A stretch of DNA of 64,000 nt from an uncultured Gemmataceae bacterium. Lineage in GTDB: Bacteria; Planctomycetota; Planctomycetia; Gemmatales; Gemmataceae. Each line of letters begins with the position of its first letter. Within the stretch, counting starts at the first letter, position 1. The DNA lies in contig CAVVPN010000003.1 in NCBI GenBank assembly GCA_963750165.1, forward strand, positions 672,001 to 736,000, written 5' to 3'. The notes under the pieces are model-generated. The model did no database searches. It worked only from the letters and a program-made list of their open reading frames with translations, and was not told where the DNA came from. Of the stretch, positions 1-9,749 are shown one piece after another. The translations under genes and the position numbers were made by a program.

Positions 1-435
1 CTGATGGGCGGTCGCGCCGCGGAGCGGCTGGTGTACGCCCAGCCCTACGCCGGCGTCGAGGAGGACCTGAAACAGGCGACCAAGTTGGCCCGCTACATGG
101 TGACGCACTGGGGCATGAGCGAACGGCTCGGGCCAATGTCGTTCCGCATCGGCGAGGAGCACGTCTTCCTCGGCAAGGAGATTCAGGAGCCGCGCGACTT
201 CAGCGAGCAGACCGCCGCCGTCATCGACGAGGAGGTGCAGAAGCTGCTGCGCGAGGCGGATCAGCGGGCGTTCGATTTGCTGTCCAAGCACCGTGACGAG
301 ATGGACCGTTTGGTCGAGGCGCTGCTGCAGAAGGAGGAACTGCACGCCGAGGAGATCGAGGAACTGCTCGGCCATCCGCCGGCCAACCCGAGCAACAACG
401 GGCCGCCGCAGAACGCGATCATGGCGCCGTCGTAG
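1..435 (+). CDS. ftsH: ATP-dependent zinc metalloprotease FtsH, C-terminal part (peptidase M41), 5' partial
   Basis: MGGRAAE...DLKQATKLARYMVTHWGMSERLGP...FSEQTAAVIDEEV...LLQKEEL is typical of the FtsH M41 C-terminus. Confidence 0.9.
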   Translation: MMGGRAAERLVYAQPYAGVEEDLKQATKLARYMVTHWGMSERLGPMSFRIGEEHVFLGKEIQEPRDFSEQTAAVIDEEVQKLLREADQRAFDLLSKHRDEMDRLVEALLQKEELHAEEIEELLGHPPANPSNNGPPQNAIMAPS

Positions 436-440
436 GCATG

Positions 441-498
441 CTGTCTTCGTTCATAGTTTCGCGCGGCGTTCAACCCGCGAAACTATGAACGAAGACAG
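441..498. repeat. Palindromic REP-like hairpin (GTTTCGCG...CGCGAAAC family), possible bidirectional terminator
   Basis: ctgtcttcgttcatagtttcgcg / cgcgaaactatgaacgaagacag form perfect 23-bp arms between convergent genes. Confidence 0.8.
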
Positions 499-510
499 TT
501 GGGGCCCCGC

Positions 511-2167
511 CTATTTCTGCCCGGACCGCAAGGCGTGCCACGAGGTGCCCGGGTACGGTTCGCCGAGCCAGTCGCTCAGGGTCCGTTGCTGGGCCGGGGT
601 CAGCACGTCAAAGAGCATTTGCAGACCCCGGGCGTTCCAGGAATCCGAATTATCCAGCATCATGTACGTGCTTTCGCTAAACAGGAGGCGGTTCGTCGGC
701 CGCGCTGACCACAGAAGTACGCCGGACTGATTTTGCCAAGGGTGGACGCCGTACGTCTGGGCGAGCGTCACCCGGCGATACTGGGTCACCAACCGCATAC
801 TTTGGGCCTTCAGGACAGTCTCGATCTGCTTCACCTGCTCGTCATCGATCTTCAGCAGGCGTTGCATCTTCGCGTCCGTGAGCAGGTCGTCGAGGCTGCG
901 CTGTTGCCGCTGGATATGACGGAGCCGGGTGACGGCCTTGTCGGACAGGATGTCGGGAGCGTTCTTGCCGAGCGCCTGTCTCCGCTGCTGCTCGATCTGC
1001 GTGCGCCGCGTGTCGATGCCCTTGTTAAGCTCGGCGATGCGCTGGTTCAGCGCCTCGATCTGCTGCTGCAACTCCTGGATCGCTTGCTGCCGGGGCTTGT
1101 TCTTGACATCAACGGCTTGCGAAATGGCCTGAATGCGTGCGACCTGCTGTTTGCTGAGGCGCAGTTCCTTTTGCACCTGCTCGTCCAGGAGCAGGTTGCC
1201 GTCGAGCGGCTCGGGGGCTTTGCCCTTGCCCTGCTCGGGTCGGCCGGCCGGGGCCGGGTCGGGGGGCGCCGCCTGCGCCGGCGGGGCCAGCAGGCTGGCC
1301 AGGTTGCCGAAGAGGCCGGCGCCAAAGCCGCCCAGGACCACGCCGAGGACGAGAACCGAGATCACCTTGAGTTTGCTCAGGAACATGGTCTTCAACACTC
1401 CTTCCGAAAGGGCGAGGGTTTCCGCGGAAACGACGCCGGCCGTGGACTGGCCCGCCGCCGTCAAGACGGCCGCGGCCACCGCCGCGCCGGCCAGGGACGG
1501 CGCCACGGCCGACGCCTGCCCGGCGAGGACGGCCGCCAGGGCCGGGCCGGACAGGGTGACGCCGTGCCGCGCCAGGCGCCGGGCCAGCAGGGCACGGGCC
1601 TTGGCGAGCCGGCTCGACAGCGTCCCCTCGGGGATGTTCAGCGTCCGGGCCACCTCCTTGCGGGACCGGCCTTCCAGGTCGCACAGCACCACCGGCACGC
1701 GGTACTTCTCCGGCAGCCGACCGAGTTCGCCGTCCAGGGCCTGGTGCAGGGCGTCCACATCGACGTCGGGGGCCACGGCCGGTTGCGGCATGTCGGTCAC
1801 CTGCCTTTCGCGGGCCTGGTGGCGCACCCGCCGGCCCCGCGCTTGCAAGGCGGTGCGATAGGCGACGCCGTACAGCCAGTTCCCCACCAGGTCGCGCGGC
1901 ACCACGGACGCCGCCTTGCGCCAGCACCAGGAAGGTGGCCTGGAAGGCGTCCTCCGCGTCCTGGGCGTGGCCGATCACGCGCCGGCACACGCCCAGCACC
2001 ATCGGCCCGTGGCGTTTGACCAGCAGCGCGAACGCGGCCTCGTCGCCCCGGGTCAAGAAGGCGTCGAGCAGCCGGCCGTCCGCCAGTGCCTCCGGTTCGC
2101 GCCGCAGGGCCGCGCGCCGGACGGCGCCGACCAGCCGGCGCAGGCCATTCCTGGAACGGGTCGTCAT
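511..2167 (-). CDS. ECF-type sigma-70 factor with TM segment and C-terminal extension; frameshifted near 1918
   Basis: Region 2 ([22 protein letters not shown]...[14 protein letters not shown]) is in the 2167 frame. [10 protein letters not shown], region 4 ([16 protein letters not shown]...[11 protein letters not shown]) and a TM helix are in the 511..1905 frame. A missing CG in GCG-CGC-AAG would join them. Confidence 0.85.
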
Positions 2168-2344
2168 GGTTCGTGTCCCCCGGGACGGGCGTACGCTCTA
2201 TCTATGATTGTGGGGGAGCGCGGCGGCGCGTCAGTTTTTTTGCGCGGAATCCGGCGAGGTGATTTGGTAGAGGCAGCAGGATGAGGGTGTTTGGTGCAAC
2301 AGCCAGGGACGCGGTAGCCGTAACCGCAAGCGGGCCGCTTGCGG

Positions 2345-5300
2345 TTACGGATCGAGCGGCAACCAATCCATCAGATCAAAGCGCGAGTGCGGCGAGGTCA
2401 CTGGCGTGGCGTTGGCCAGATCGTAGGCTTCGCGGCAGCCGCGGAGCACGCGCTGCAGGTCGTGGGCGCTCAGCCACGGTTGTTCGCGACAGAACATCAG
2501 GTCCGACTGGCCCGGCACGCGCACCACCTTCAGTTGCGGCAACACCTGGGCACAGGCGTCGCCCAGGGCCTTGCCGGCCTCGCTCGCGGGCGTCAGCAGG
2601 AATTGCTGCTGGTGCTGGGCGGCCTTGCCAGCGCTGAGCAGCGGCATCGCCCGCTCCAGGTACATCTTCGCCTGGGCCTCCAACTCCCCCGGTTGCGCCA
2701 CCACCGGCCCGTCCGGGCTGGGAGTGACGCCCACTTCCTGGCTCAGCAACTGGGCCACGTCCATGATGGGCAGGTACTGGCCCAGCAACGTCACCGTCTC
2801 GTCCAGCAGCGGGCCGATCAGCGTCCGCATGATGTCGCCGGAGTTCGTGCAGGCCGCGTGCAGGCCACCGCGCGGCACCAGCACACGCTCGTGCAAATCG
2901 CGGTCCAGCTGCAGCCACTGCTCCGGGCTGACGCGCTGCAGGAAGCGCAGGGCCGCCCGCTCCAGGTCCTGTTCGCCGTCCGGCAGCACCACGCGGGCCG
3001 TCTGCGACTGGCGGATGGCGTCGTAGAACGACTCGGTGGAGGGGATCGGCGAACCGCTCAGTGTCAGCTCCCCGGCGCGGGTGTTGGTCAAATCCTCCTC
3101 CGCGCCGGCGGCGTACACCGGGTTCTCCAGGTACTCCTGCAGGTGCCGCAGCCGCTGCCGGCAGAAGTTCATCTCACGCAGCCGGTCGCCGAGCTTGCCG
3201 GCCAGGGCCAGGAAGAAGTGCCGGCAGGCCGACGCGATTTCCTCGGCCAACCGCTGCCGGGCGAAGGCGCTGGCGCGCTCCACGAAGCCGCGGAGCAGCT
3301 TGCGGCTGGACCGGCCGCCGAACAGACGGAAGCCGCCGCCGCCGAGGATGCACTCCTCAAGTCCCGCCTCCAACAGCTGCGTCGCCTGCACCGATCTGGC
3401 CGACTGCTGCCGGCCGTGCTCAAGCTGTTCCGCCGCCTGGTACTGACAGAAGTCCTTCATGCACCCCAGCGCCGCCTCCGCCGCCGCCAGCCGCGCCCCT
3501 GGATGCTCCATGACGCCGACCAGCCCCGCCGACAACTTCTGGTCCCACTCGTCTGCCAGCTTGTGCGCCGCGGACTGAAGCACGCGCTGCAATTTCGTCT
3601 TGCGCCACTCCAGGTTGTTGTCCTGCGACAGTTCGCCGGCAGCGCCAACCCAGTCGAGCACCCGGGTCGTCGCCTGCCGCGCCCAGTTGCCGGGATCCTC
3701 GTAAGCCACCATCTGCAGGGACTGATCCTCCAGCGTGGACAGGAAGCCCGCCAACGCCTCGCCGGCCGTGGCGCCCAGTTCGCTCAGCGCCGGTCCATTG
3801 GAGGTCGCCTCGATGCGCTGGCAAACCGCGTCCGGGTGCAGCTGCGGATGGGCCAACAATACGTTGCACACCTTCTGCACCTGGGCGGCCGCCGCGGAAT
3901 TCACGCCGAGGTCGCCCGCCGCCACCCAGCCCTCGACCAGCCGCCGGCACGCCCGTCGCGCCGCCAGCCGCAGCAGCAGACCGCGCGGGAACCAGACCGC
4001 GTAGGTGCCGAAGCTGCGGAACATCGTCGTCACGCCCGCCAGCGGGCCCGCGGCGCCGTCGGCCCCCTGGTCGTGCCGCAGGCCGTCCAGGCGCAGGCCC
4101 AGCGGCGTCGTCAGCTCGTGGAACAGGTAGCTGCCCAGGTGCGAAACCGTTTGCTCCAGCGCGTCCGGGGTGCGGTGGGCCAGCGGCAGCAGGTAGGTAC
4201 TGTTGAAGGGCATCCCCTGATCGACGATGCGCTGGCCGTCCTGGCCGTACTGGGCCACGAACGGGATGGTCGGGTCGGCGAAGTGGTTCAGCTCCGTCAG
4301 CGTGGCGTAGACGTTGGCCTGTTCGCTCTTGGGCGTCGCCGGGTCGTTGGGCGCGCCGCACAGCAGCAGGGCGGTCAGCTCCGCCTCGGGGTGCCGCATC
4401 TGGTGCAACATGCGCCGCAGGGCGTAGCCCAGGTCCGCCAGCAGGCCGCTGCTGCCGCCGCCGGCCGAGGCGATGACGTAGACGCGCGGCGTGTTGTCAC
4501 GCAGGGCCAGACCGGTCAGCGTCACGGACTGGTAGATCACGTCCGGGTTGGTGACCTCCTGAATTTCCTTGCGCAGCCGGGCCACCAGGCGCTGGTGGTT
4601 GTCCACGAAGGCCAGGCGGCCCAGAGCGCGCGCGCCCTGCGTCTGCAGCGACCGCGGCATGGCATAGAGCTTCTCGCGCGGCATCCACTCGCTCAGCTGA
4701 TCGAGCATGCGGCGGCGGTAGTTGCCGACCTGCTGCAACGGCAGCGGGTAGACCTCGGAGCGCGCGAAGGCCACCTCGGGGGCGCCGCGCACCGCTGTGT
4801 TGATGGCCTCGGGATCGGCGTCAATGCACAGGAAGCGCAGCAGCGGCAACTTGCTCAGGTCGCCGAAGCGGTCAAGGAAGCGGCAGCGCAGTTCCAGCAG
4901 CGCCTTGCGCCCGAAGCCGCCGACGCCCAGGATCAGCGTCGGCCGCAGGGCTCCGGTGGCGGGTTGGGCCACGGTCATGCCCAGTTCGCTGCCGGCCTCG
5001 CGGTCCTCCGTGGTCTCCACCGGCGCGGCGCCACCGCCCAGGTCCACCAGGTTGGCCGGGTCCTGCGAATCCTGTTCAAGCAGGAAGTCCTCCATCGTGT
5101 CGGCGATGGACTTCGGCCGAACCGCCGCCTTGCCGGCCAGCGCCACCTCCGCGGCAGCCTCGCGGCTCACGCCGCGCGTTGGGTAGCGGACGGCGTACAG
5201 CGCCCGCAGGAACGACATGCAACTCGGGAAGCGCCGGGCCGGGTCCTTGGACAGCGCCCGCGCCACGACCGGCCGCTCCGCCTCCGGCAGCGGCCGCAGT

Positions 5301-6007
5301 TCGGGCTCGCCCTGCAAATGCTGCTGCGCCAGCGCCCGCACGTTCTTGCCGACGAAGGGCCGCTGACCGGTCAACAATTCCTGGTAGACGATGGCCAAAC
5401 TGTACTGGTCGCTGCGGTCGGAGATTTTGCCGTTGAAGGTTTCGGGCGGGGCGTACAGGGGCGTGACGCCGCCGAGCAGGCCGGAGGCGCTCTGGCGTTC
5501 GAGGTGCTTGACCAGGCCGAAGTCGGCGACCTTGACGCGATCACTAATGAGGAAGAGGTTGCGCGGCTTGACGTCGAGATGCTGCAGGCCGTGCTTCTCG
5601 TTCATGTGGTCGAGCGCCTCGGCCGCGTCGCGCAGATAGCGGAGCAGGTCGTCGCGCGGGATGCCGATCATGCCGGCGTTCTGGCACTCCAGGTACAAAT
5701 CGTGCAGGCTCTTGTCCGCCAGCTCCATGACGATGACCAGCTCGCCCTCGACCACCTTGATGAGGTCCAGCGAGCAGACGAACGGATGGCGGACTTCTTT
5801 GATGCGCTGCAGCGCGTGCAGTTCCTGTTCGGCGCGGACGCTGTCGAGGTCCACGGAGTTGAGATTGCCGTAGACGAATTTGATGGCCTTGAACAGACCG
5901 CCGGGCGCCTCGCACTTCCAGACCTCGCCGAAGCCGCCGCTGCCCAGCGGCTCAATCAGGCGATAGCCCGCGATGGGCTCAGCGTTCGGTTCACGAATCC
6001 AACTCAT
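2345..6007 (-). CDS. Ser/Thr protein kinase fused to a tubulin/FtsZ-like (Tubulin_2/FtsZl1-type) domain
   Basis: Kinase motifs GSGGFGEVW, AIK, HLDVKPRN, DFG, YAPPE; tubulin-like motifs LILGVGGFG and VIASAGGGSSG; long helical C-terminal region. Confidence 0.85.
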   Translation of the reverse strand: MSWIREPNAEPIAGYRLIEPLGSGGFGEVWKCEAPGGLFKAIKFVYGNLNSVDLDSVRAEQELHALQRIKEVRHPFVCSLDLIKVVEGELVIVMELADKSLHDLYLECQNAGMIGIPRDDLLRYLRDAAEALDHMNEKHGLQHLDVKPRNLFLISDRVKVADFGLVKHLERQSASGLLGGVTPLYAPPETFNGKISDRSDQYSLAIVYQELLTGQRPFVGKNVRALAQQHLQGEPELRPLPEAERPVVARALSKDPARRFPSCMSFLRALYAVRYPTRGVSREAAAEVALAGKAAVRPKSIADTMEDFLLEQDSQDPANLVDLGGGAAPVETTEDREAGSELGMTVAQPATGALRPTLILGVGGFGRKALLELRCRFLDRFGDLSKLPLLRFLCIDADPEAINTAVRGAPEVAFARSEVYPLPLQQVGNYRRRMLDQLSEWMPREKLYAMPRSLQTQGARALGRLAFVDNHQRLVARLRKEIQEVTNPDVIYQSVTLTGLALRDNTPRVYVIASAGGGSSGLLADLGYALRRMLHQMRHPEAELTALLLCGAPNDPATPKSEQANVYATLTELNHFADPTIPFVAQYGQDGQRIVDQGMPFNSTYLLPLAHRTPDALEQTVSHLGSYLFHELTTPLGLRLDGLRHDQGADGAAGPLAGVTTMFRSFGTYAVWFPRGLLLRLAARRACRRLVEGWVAAGDLGVNSAAAAQVQKVCNVLLAHPQLHPDAVCQRIEATSNGPALSELGATAGEALAGFLSTLEDQSLQMVAYEDPGNWARQATTRVLDWVGAAGELSQDNNLEWRKTKLQRVLQSAAHKLADEWDQKLSAGLVGVMEHPGARLAAAEAALGCMKDFCQYQAAEQLEHGRQQSARSVQATQLLEAGLEECILGGGGFRLFGGRSSRKLLRGFVERASAFARQRLAEEIASACRHFFLALAGKLGDRLREMNFCRQRLRHLQEYLENPVYAAGAEEDLTNTRAGELTLSGSPIPSTESFYDAIRQSQTARVVLPDGEQDLERAALRFLQRVSPEQWLQLDRDLHERVLVPRGGLHAACTNSGDIMRTLIGPLLDETVTLLGQYLPIMDVAQLLSQEVGVTPSPDGPVVAQPGELEAQAKMYLERAMPLLSAGKAAQHQQQFLLTPASEAGKALGDACAQVLPQLKVVRVPGQSDLMFCREQPWLSAHDLQRVLRGCREAYDLANATPVTSPHSRFDLMDWLPLDP

Positions 6008-6194
6008 GGATCGGTCCTGCCTTCACTACCTGACTGCGTCATCGGTCGCACTCGCACAGGGCGTCGGACGGACGAGAACGGCAGGGAGTCTTTCCCGCAC
6101 CCGGCACGCTTGGCTCCGACTTTGAGACTTTGCTACCCAAGCGTAGTTCGCAACCGGGCGGTTGTCCAATCGTTCCGATGGCGGGTGTTTCCAT

Positions 6195-6299
6195 CTTCTC
6201 CCTCCCCCCCGGGGGAGGAGGGTGGGGGTGGGGGAGATCCCACTCCGGTCAATCAGGGTTCCTCCCCCCCCCACCCCAACCCTCCCCCACCAGGGGAGA
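6195..6299. repeat. Inverted pair of CCCCACCCCAACCCTCCCCC-type REP-like repeats
   Basis: ggaggagggtgggggtggggg...ccccaccccaaccctcccccaccaggggaga; related copy at about 43987-44030. Confidence 0.6.
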
Positions 6300-8240
6300 A
6301 CAGGCAGGGGTGAAACCGAGGTTGCGCAGCGCGTCGCGCACGGCAGCGCAGCCCAGCAGGGCGGTGAACGCCTGCACCGCAGGCCGCGGCAGTCGGGAGC
6401 GCGGGATGACAAAATCGTACTGCTCGTCGCGGAGCGGCAGAAAGCCCAGGCCGTAAGCGGTGGCGACCGTCTGGATAGCAACGCCCCAGTCGGCGCGGCC
6501 CTGCTGCACCGCGGCGACCACGGCGTTGTGCGATCGCGCCTCCACGGTGTAGCCGGCCGGCCGTGTCGCGCCGAGCAGCTGGTCGATCAGCACGCGCGTG
6601 CCGCTGCCGCGGTTGCGGTTGACCAGGACACACTCCGGGTCCGCCAGTGCCGCCGCCACCGCGCCCGCCACCGACCGGCCCGTGAACCGGGCGTCGCCGG
6701 ATCGAAACACCAGCCCTTGCAGGCGACGGTAGCCCGACACCAGGATCAGGTCGTCGCCGAGGAAGGGACGGTTGTATACGCCGGTGACCGGGTCGAGCAA
6801 ATGGATGCCGGCCACGTCGCACTCGTGCCGTCGCGCCGCTTCCAGGCCGCCGGTGCTGCCGACCGCGAGGAAATGCGTGCGCCAGCCCGCCGCGTGCAGG
6901 TGTCCCAGCAGCCGGTCAACGCCGACGCAGTGGCTGCCGATCACCACCAGATCCGCCGGCCGCAGCCCCTTGCCGAGCAACCGCACGTCCACGACGGCAC
7001 CGGCCGCGACATATTCCTGCTGGCGCGGGATGACGACGAAGCCGTCGGCGCGGCTGAAGGCGGTCACGGAGCCGGAGCCCTTGCCCATCGGATACGCGAC
7101 CCACGGCACCGGCCCGGCGGCCTCTGTTGCCACCAGGCCCACCAGCAGAAACTCCGTCCGGCCGCGCTCGGAGTTGACGCGCACCGGCAGACGGGCCGGC
7201 ACCACCTCGGCGTCGTCACCGGGCCGGCCGGCCAGCAGACGGATCACCGGGGCGACAAATTCGTGGAAGGTGAAGATCGCGGAGGTTGGGAAGCCTGGCA
7301 GAATGACCACGGGGACAGTGCGGCCGTCCGGCGTGCGCGTGGCGGCGAGGCACAATGGCTTGCCCGGCTTGAGCGCAACGCCGTGCGCGACGATGCCCGG
7401 CGGCCCCAGCTCGGCGACAACGCGGTAAGACAGATCGCCCTCGCCCTTGGAAGTGCCGCCGGACAGCAGCACGACATCGTGAGCCAGGGCCGCGTGCAGC
7501 CGATCGCGCAGCGCGGCGCGGTCGTCGGCGACGATGCCGAGCGGCACCGGTGCGCCGCCCAGTTCGCGCACGGCGTCGGCCAGGATGGTGGCGTTGCTGT
7601 CGAACACCAGGCCCGGCCGGAGCGGCTGACCCGGAGCGATGAGTTCGTTGCCGGTGGACAGGATCGCCACGCGCGGCCGGCGCACCACGGCGACGGCCGC
7701 GACGCCGAGGGCCGCCAGGGCCCCGGTTTCACGCGAGGTCAGCACGTCTCCGCGGCGGAGCACGGTTTCGCCACGGCCGATGTCGGTGCCGGCGAACGTC
7801 ACGTTGGCGCCGGGCGTTACCGGGCGGCGGACGGACACGCCCGACGCGGTGGTGTCGGTGTACTCGATCATCACCACCGCGTCGGCGCCGCGCGGCACCG
7901 GCGCCCCGGTGGCAATGGCCACGGCGAACCCAGGCCGCAGCGTCTGGATGCCGACGAGTCCCGGCGTCAGCACGTCGCCGGTCGGGCGCAGCAGGCGCGG
8001 CTGGTCCTCGGTGGCGCCGAAGGTGTCCGCAGCGCGAACGGCGAAGCCATCGACGTTGGCGCGATCGAAGCCGGGCACGTCCACCGGCGCCGCCACGTCT
8101 TCGGCCAAAACGCGGCCCAGAGCCTGGTCCAGTGGCACGGTTTCGGCGGCCAGCGGTTGCAGGTCGAGCGCGGCGCGGAAGCGGCGCTCCGCCTCATCGC
8201 GGTCCACCACGTTCAGGAATTGGTCCTGCTGGCTCATCAT
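6249..8240 (-). CDS. moeA: Molybdopterin molybdenumtransferase MoeA fused to a C-terminal periplasmic-binding-type (PBP) domain
   Basis: PGFDRANVDGFA, ILSTGNEL, LSGGTSKG, LKPGKP, LPGFP, then IGSHC...GSTGGL...NRNRGSGTR...YDFVI. Confidence 0.9.
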   Translation of the reverse strand: MMSQQDQFLNVVDRDEAERRFRAALDLQPLAAETVPLDQALGRVLAEDVAAPVDVPGFDRANVDGFAVRAADTFGATEDQPRLLRPTGDVLTPGLVGIQTLRPGFAVAIATGAPVPRGADAVVMIEYTDTTASGVSVRRPVTPGANVTFAGTDIGRGETVLRRGDVLTSRETGALAALGVAAVAVVRRPRVAILSTGNELIAPGQPLRPGLVFDSNATILADAVRELGGAPVPLGIVADDRAALRDRLHAALAHDVVLLSGGTSKGEGDLSYRVVAELGPPGIVAHGVALKPGKPLCLAATRTPDGRTVPVVILPGFPTSAIFTFHEFVAPVIRLLAGRPGDDAEVVPARLPVRVNSERGRTEFLLVGLVATEAAGPVPWVAYPMGKGSGSVTAFSRADGFVVIPRQQEYVAAGAVVDVRLLGKGLRPADLVVIGSHCVGVDRLLGHLHAAGWRTHFLAVGSTGGLEAARRHECDVAGIHLLDPVTGVYNRPFLGDDLILVSGYRRLQGLVFRSGDARFTGRSVAGAVAAALADPECVLVNRNRGSGTRVLIDQLLGATRPAGYTVEARSHNAVVAAVQQGRADWGVAIQTVATAYGLGFLPLRDEQYDFVIPRSRLPRPAVQAFTALLGCAAVRDALRNLGFTPACSPLVGEGWGGGGRNPD

Positions 8241-8421
8241 CGCTTCCGTGAAGGGGCTCGTCCTTTGATTTAGAGTCGTCATGAACTGGGGTTCACCCAG
8301 AAATCATGAAAATCGCGCCGCCTCTGAACAGCCCATCAGGTGGGCGGCTTATTGTCAGGGCAGCGGTTCGCACACGAGTGGGGGCGGGCACGGGCTGACC
8401 ACCAGCGGCCTGCGCTGACAG

Positions 8422-8598
8422 AGCAAGGGGGCCAAGGAGGCCAAGGGGGCCAACTTTTTCATACGTCGAGATTTGGCGCTCTGGCAGCGTGCGGTTGGCA
8501 CGGCGCGACCACCACCGGCGGCGGTTGCCACAGCAAGGACGCCAAGGACGCCAAGAACGCCAACTTTTTCATACGTCGAGAAGCGGCGCCTGGCAGCG
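8422..8598. repeat. Two imperfect direct repeats of about 68 bp, period 110 bp
   Basis: AGCAAG-nnn-GCCAAG-nnn-GCCAAG-nnn-GCCAACTTTTTCATACGTCGAGA...CTGGCAGCG at 8422 and 8532. Confidence 0.75.
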
Positions 8599-8945
8599 CC
8601 GGCCTGCCGTTTGTGGGCTCCGCGACTGCGAACCGCGCTGGGGACGCATTCCCGAGAGCAGCGCCCGATAATGATTCCGGTGGATTGGCCCTCATCTATT
8701 TCGAGCGCGCTGCCCGGTTGCAGGAGGAGCACGACCCGGCGGACTACCAGTTCCTGCAGCGCTGCATCGCCCGCGTCCGCGGCAAGGTGCGGCCGCGCAC
8801 GGACGAGCCGACCTGAGTGCGGGTTTCGCACAATCTTCCCCATTTTGCAGATTTTTCTCCTTTTTTCTTCTCATTCCTGAATTGTGTCTTTCGGTTTGAG
8901 CCACGGTGAAGTATGCTACTATCACAATTTTTTGAAAATTGTTTT

Positions 8946-9539
8946 ATGAACGCAAAAACCCTCCACCAGGTTGTCGAACTGCTGCTCCGCCAGGCGCGGC
9001 GCGAGGGGTCCGTCGATGCCGGAGACATCCGCACGGAACTGGCCCGGGCTAACCTGCCCGAGGGAAGCTGGCCAGAGGCCGTGGCCCTGGCCGGCCCGGC
9101 ACTCGTCCACCGTGAGGGCCGCTACTACCCGGCCGACGCACCGGTATCGGCTTCGGCGCAACGCCAGCAGCAGATTGAACGGACGCTCAACCGACTGATC
9201 CGATGCTACAAGGCGTCCGTCGCCTGCAAAGAGCGTCGCCACCAGAATCGGGTGGATTTCGTCCAATCGGTCAAGGTCTGGACTGCGGACGGGCGCGAAC
9301 TGACTTTGCTTAGCCGCGACCTGTCGCTCACAGGCGTTCGCCTCATCTCCTCCGTCGGTCTGCTGGGCCAGAAAATCGTCGTGCAACTGCCCGGACTGCA
9401 CGACCGCGAACCGCACCGCTTTCTGGTGCGCGTCGTGTGGACCTGCGCGGTCGGCGACGACCTGTACGAAAATGGCGGCCTGATCCTCGATTTGCTGCCC
9501 CGCAAGAACAGTCGACTCCGGTTGCTCAACGACGAGTAA
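8946..9539 (+). CDS. PilZ domain-containing protein
   Basis: ERRHQNR (RxxxR) and RDLSLTG (DxSxxG) motifs, then RVVW...YENG. Confidence 0.75.
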   Translation: MNAKTLHQVVELLLRQARREGSVDAGDIRTELARANLPEGSWPEAVALAGPALVHREGRYYPADAPVSASAQRQQQIERTLNRLIRCYKASVACKERRHQNRVDFVQSVKVWTADGRELTLLSRDLSLTGVRLISSVGLLGQKIVVQLPGLHDREPHRFLVRVVWTCAVGDDLYENGGLILDLLPRKNSRLRLLNDE

Positions 9540-9749
9540 TCGGCTTTCCTCGGCAGATTTTCACGGCCTGAACATTTTCCCTTCACGTTCTTTCCGAGAA
9601 TGAATCCCTTCTCGTTTTACGCCAATATTTTGGGAACTCCCTGGAACTCTTGGTGCGTCGGCTGCGTCTTACTGCTGGATATGGAAGCCTGCTCACGTGC
9701 CGGAGGGTACGCGAGGTTGTGGCAGAAACCTCAAAGACGAGGAGTGCTC

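Noticed and set aside
2339..6313. 1324-aa plus-strand ORF, and similar long antisense ORFs (6162-8273, 12964-15714, 26138-28210, 59746-61425)
   Set aside because: Antisense shadows of real genes in high-GC DNA; no recognisable motifs
8422..8598. Possible mini-CRISPR array
   Set aside because: Only two imperfect units with internal periodicity, and no cas genes in the window
8340..8816. 158-aa ORF as a real gene
   Set aside because: The N-terminal two thirds are repeat-derived; only the tail looks protein-like
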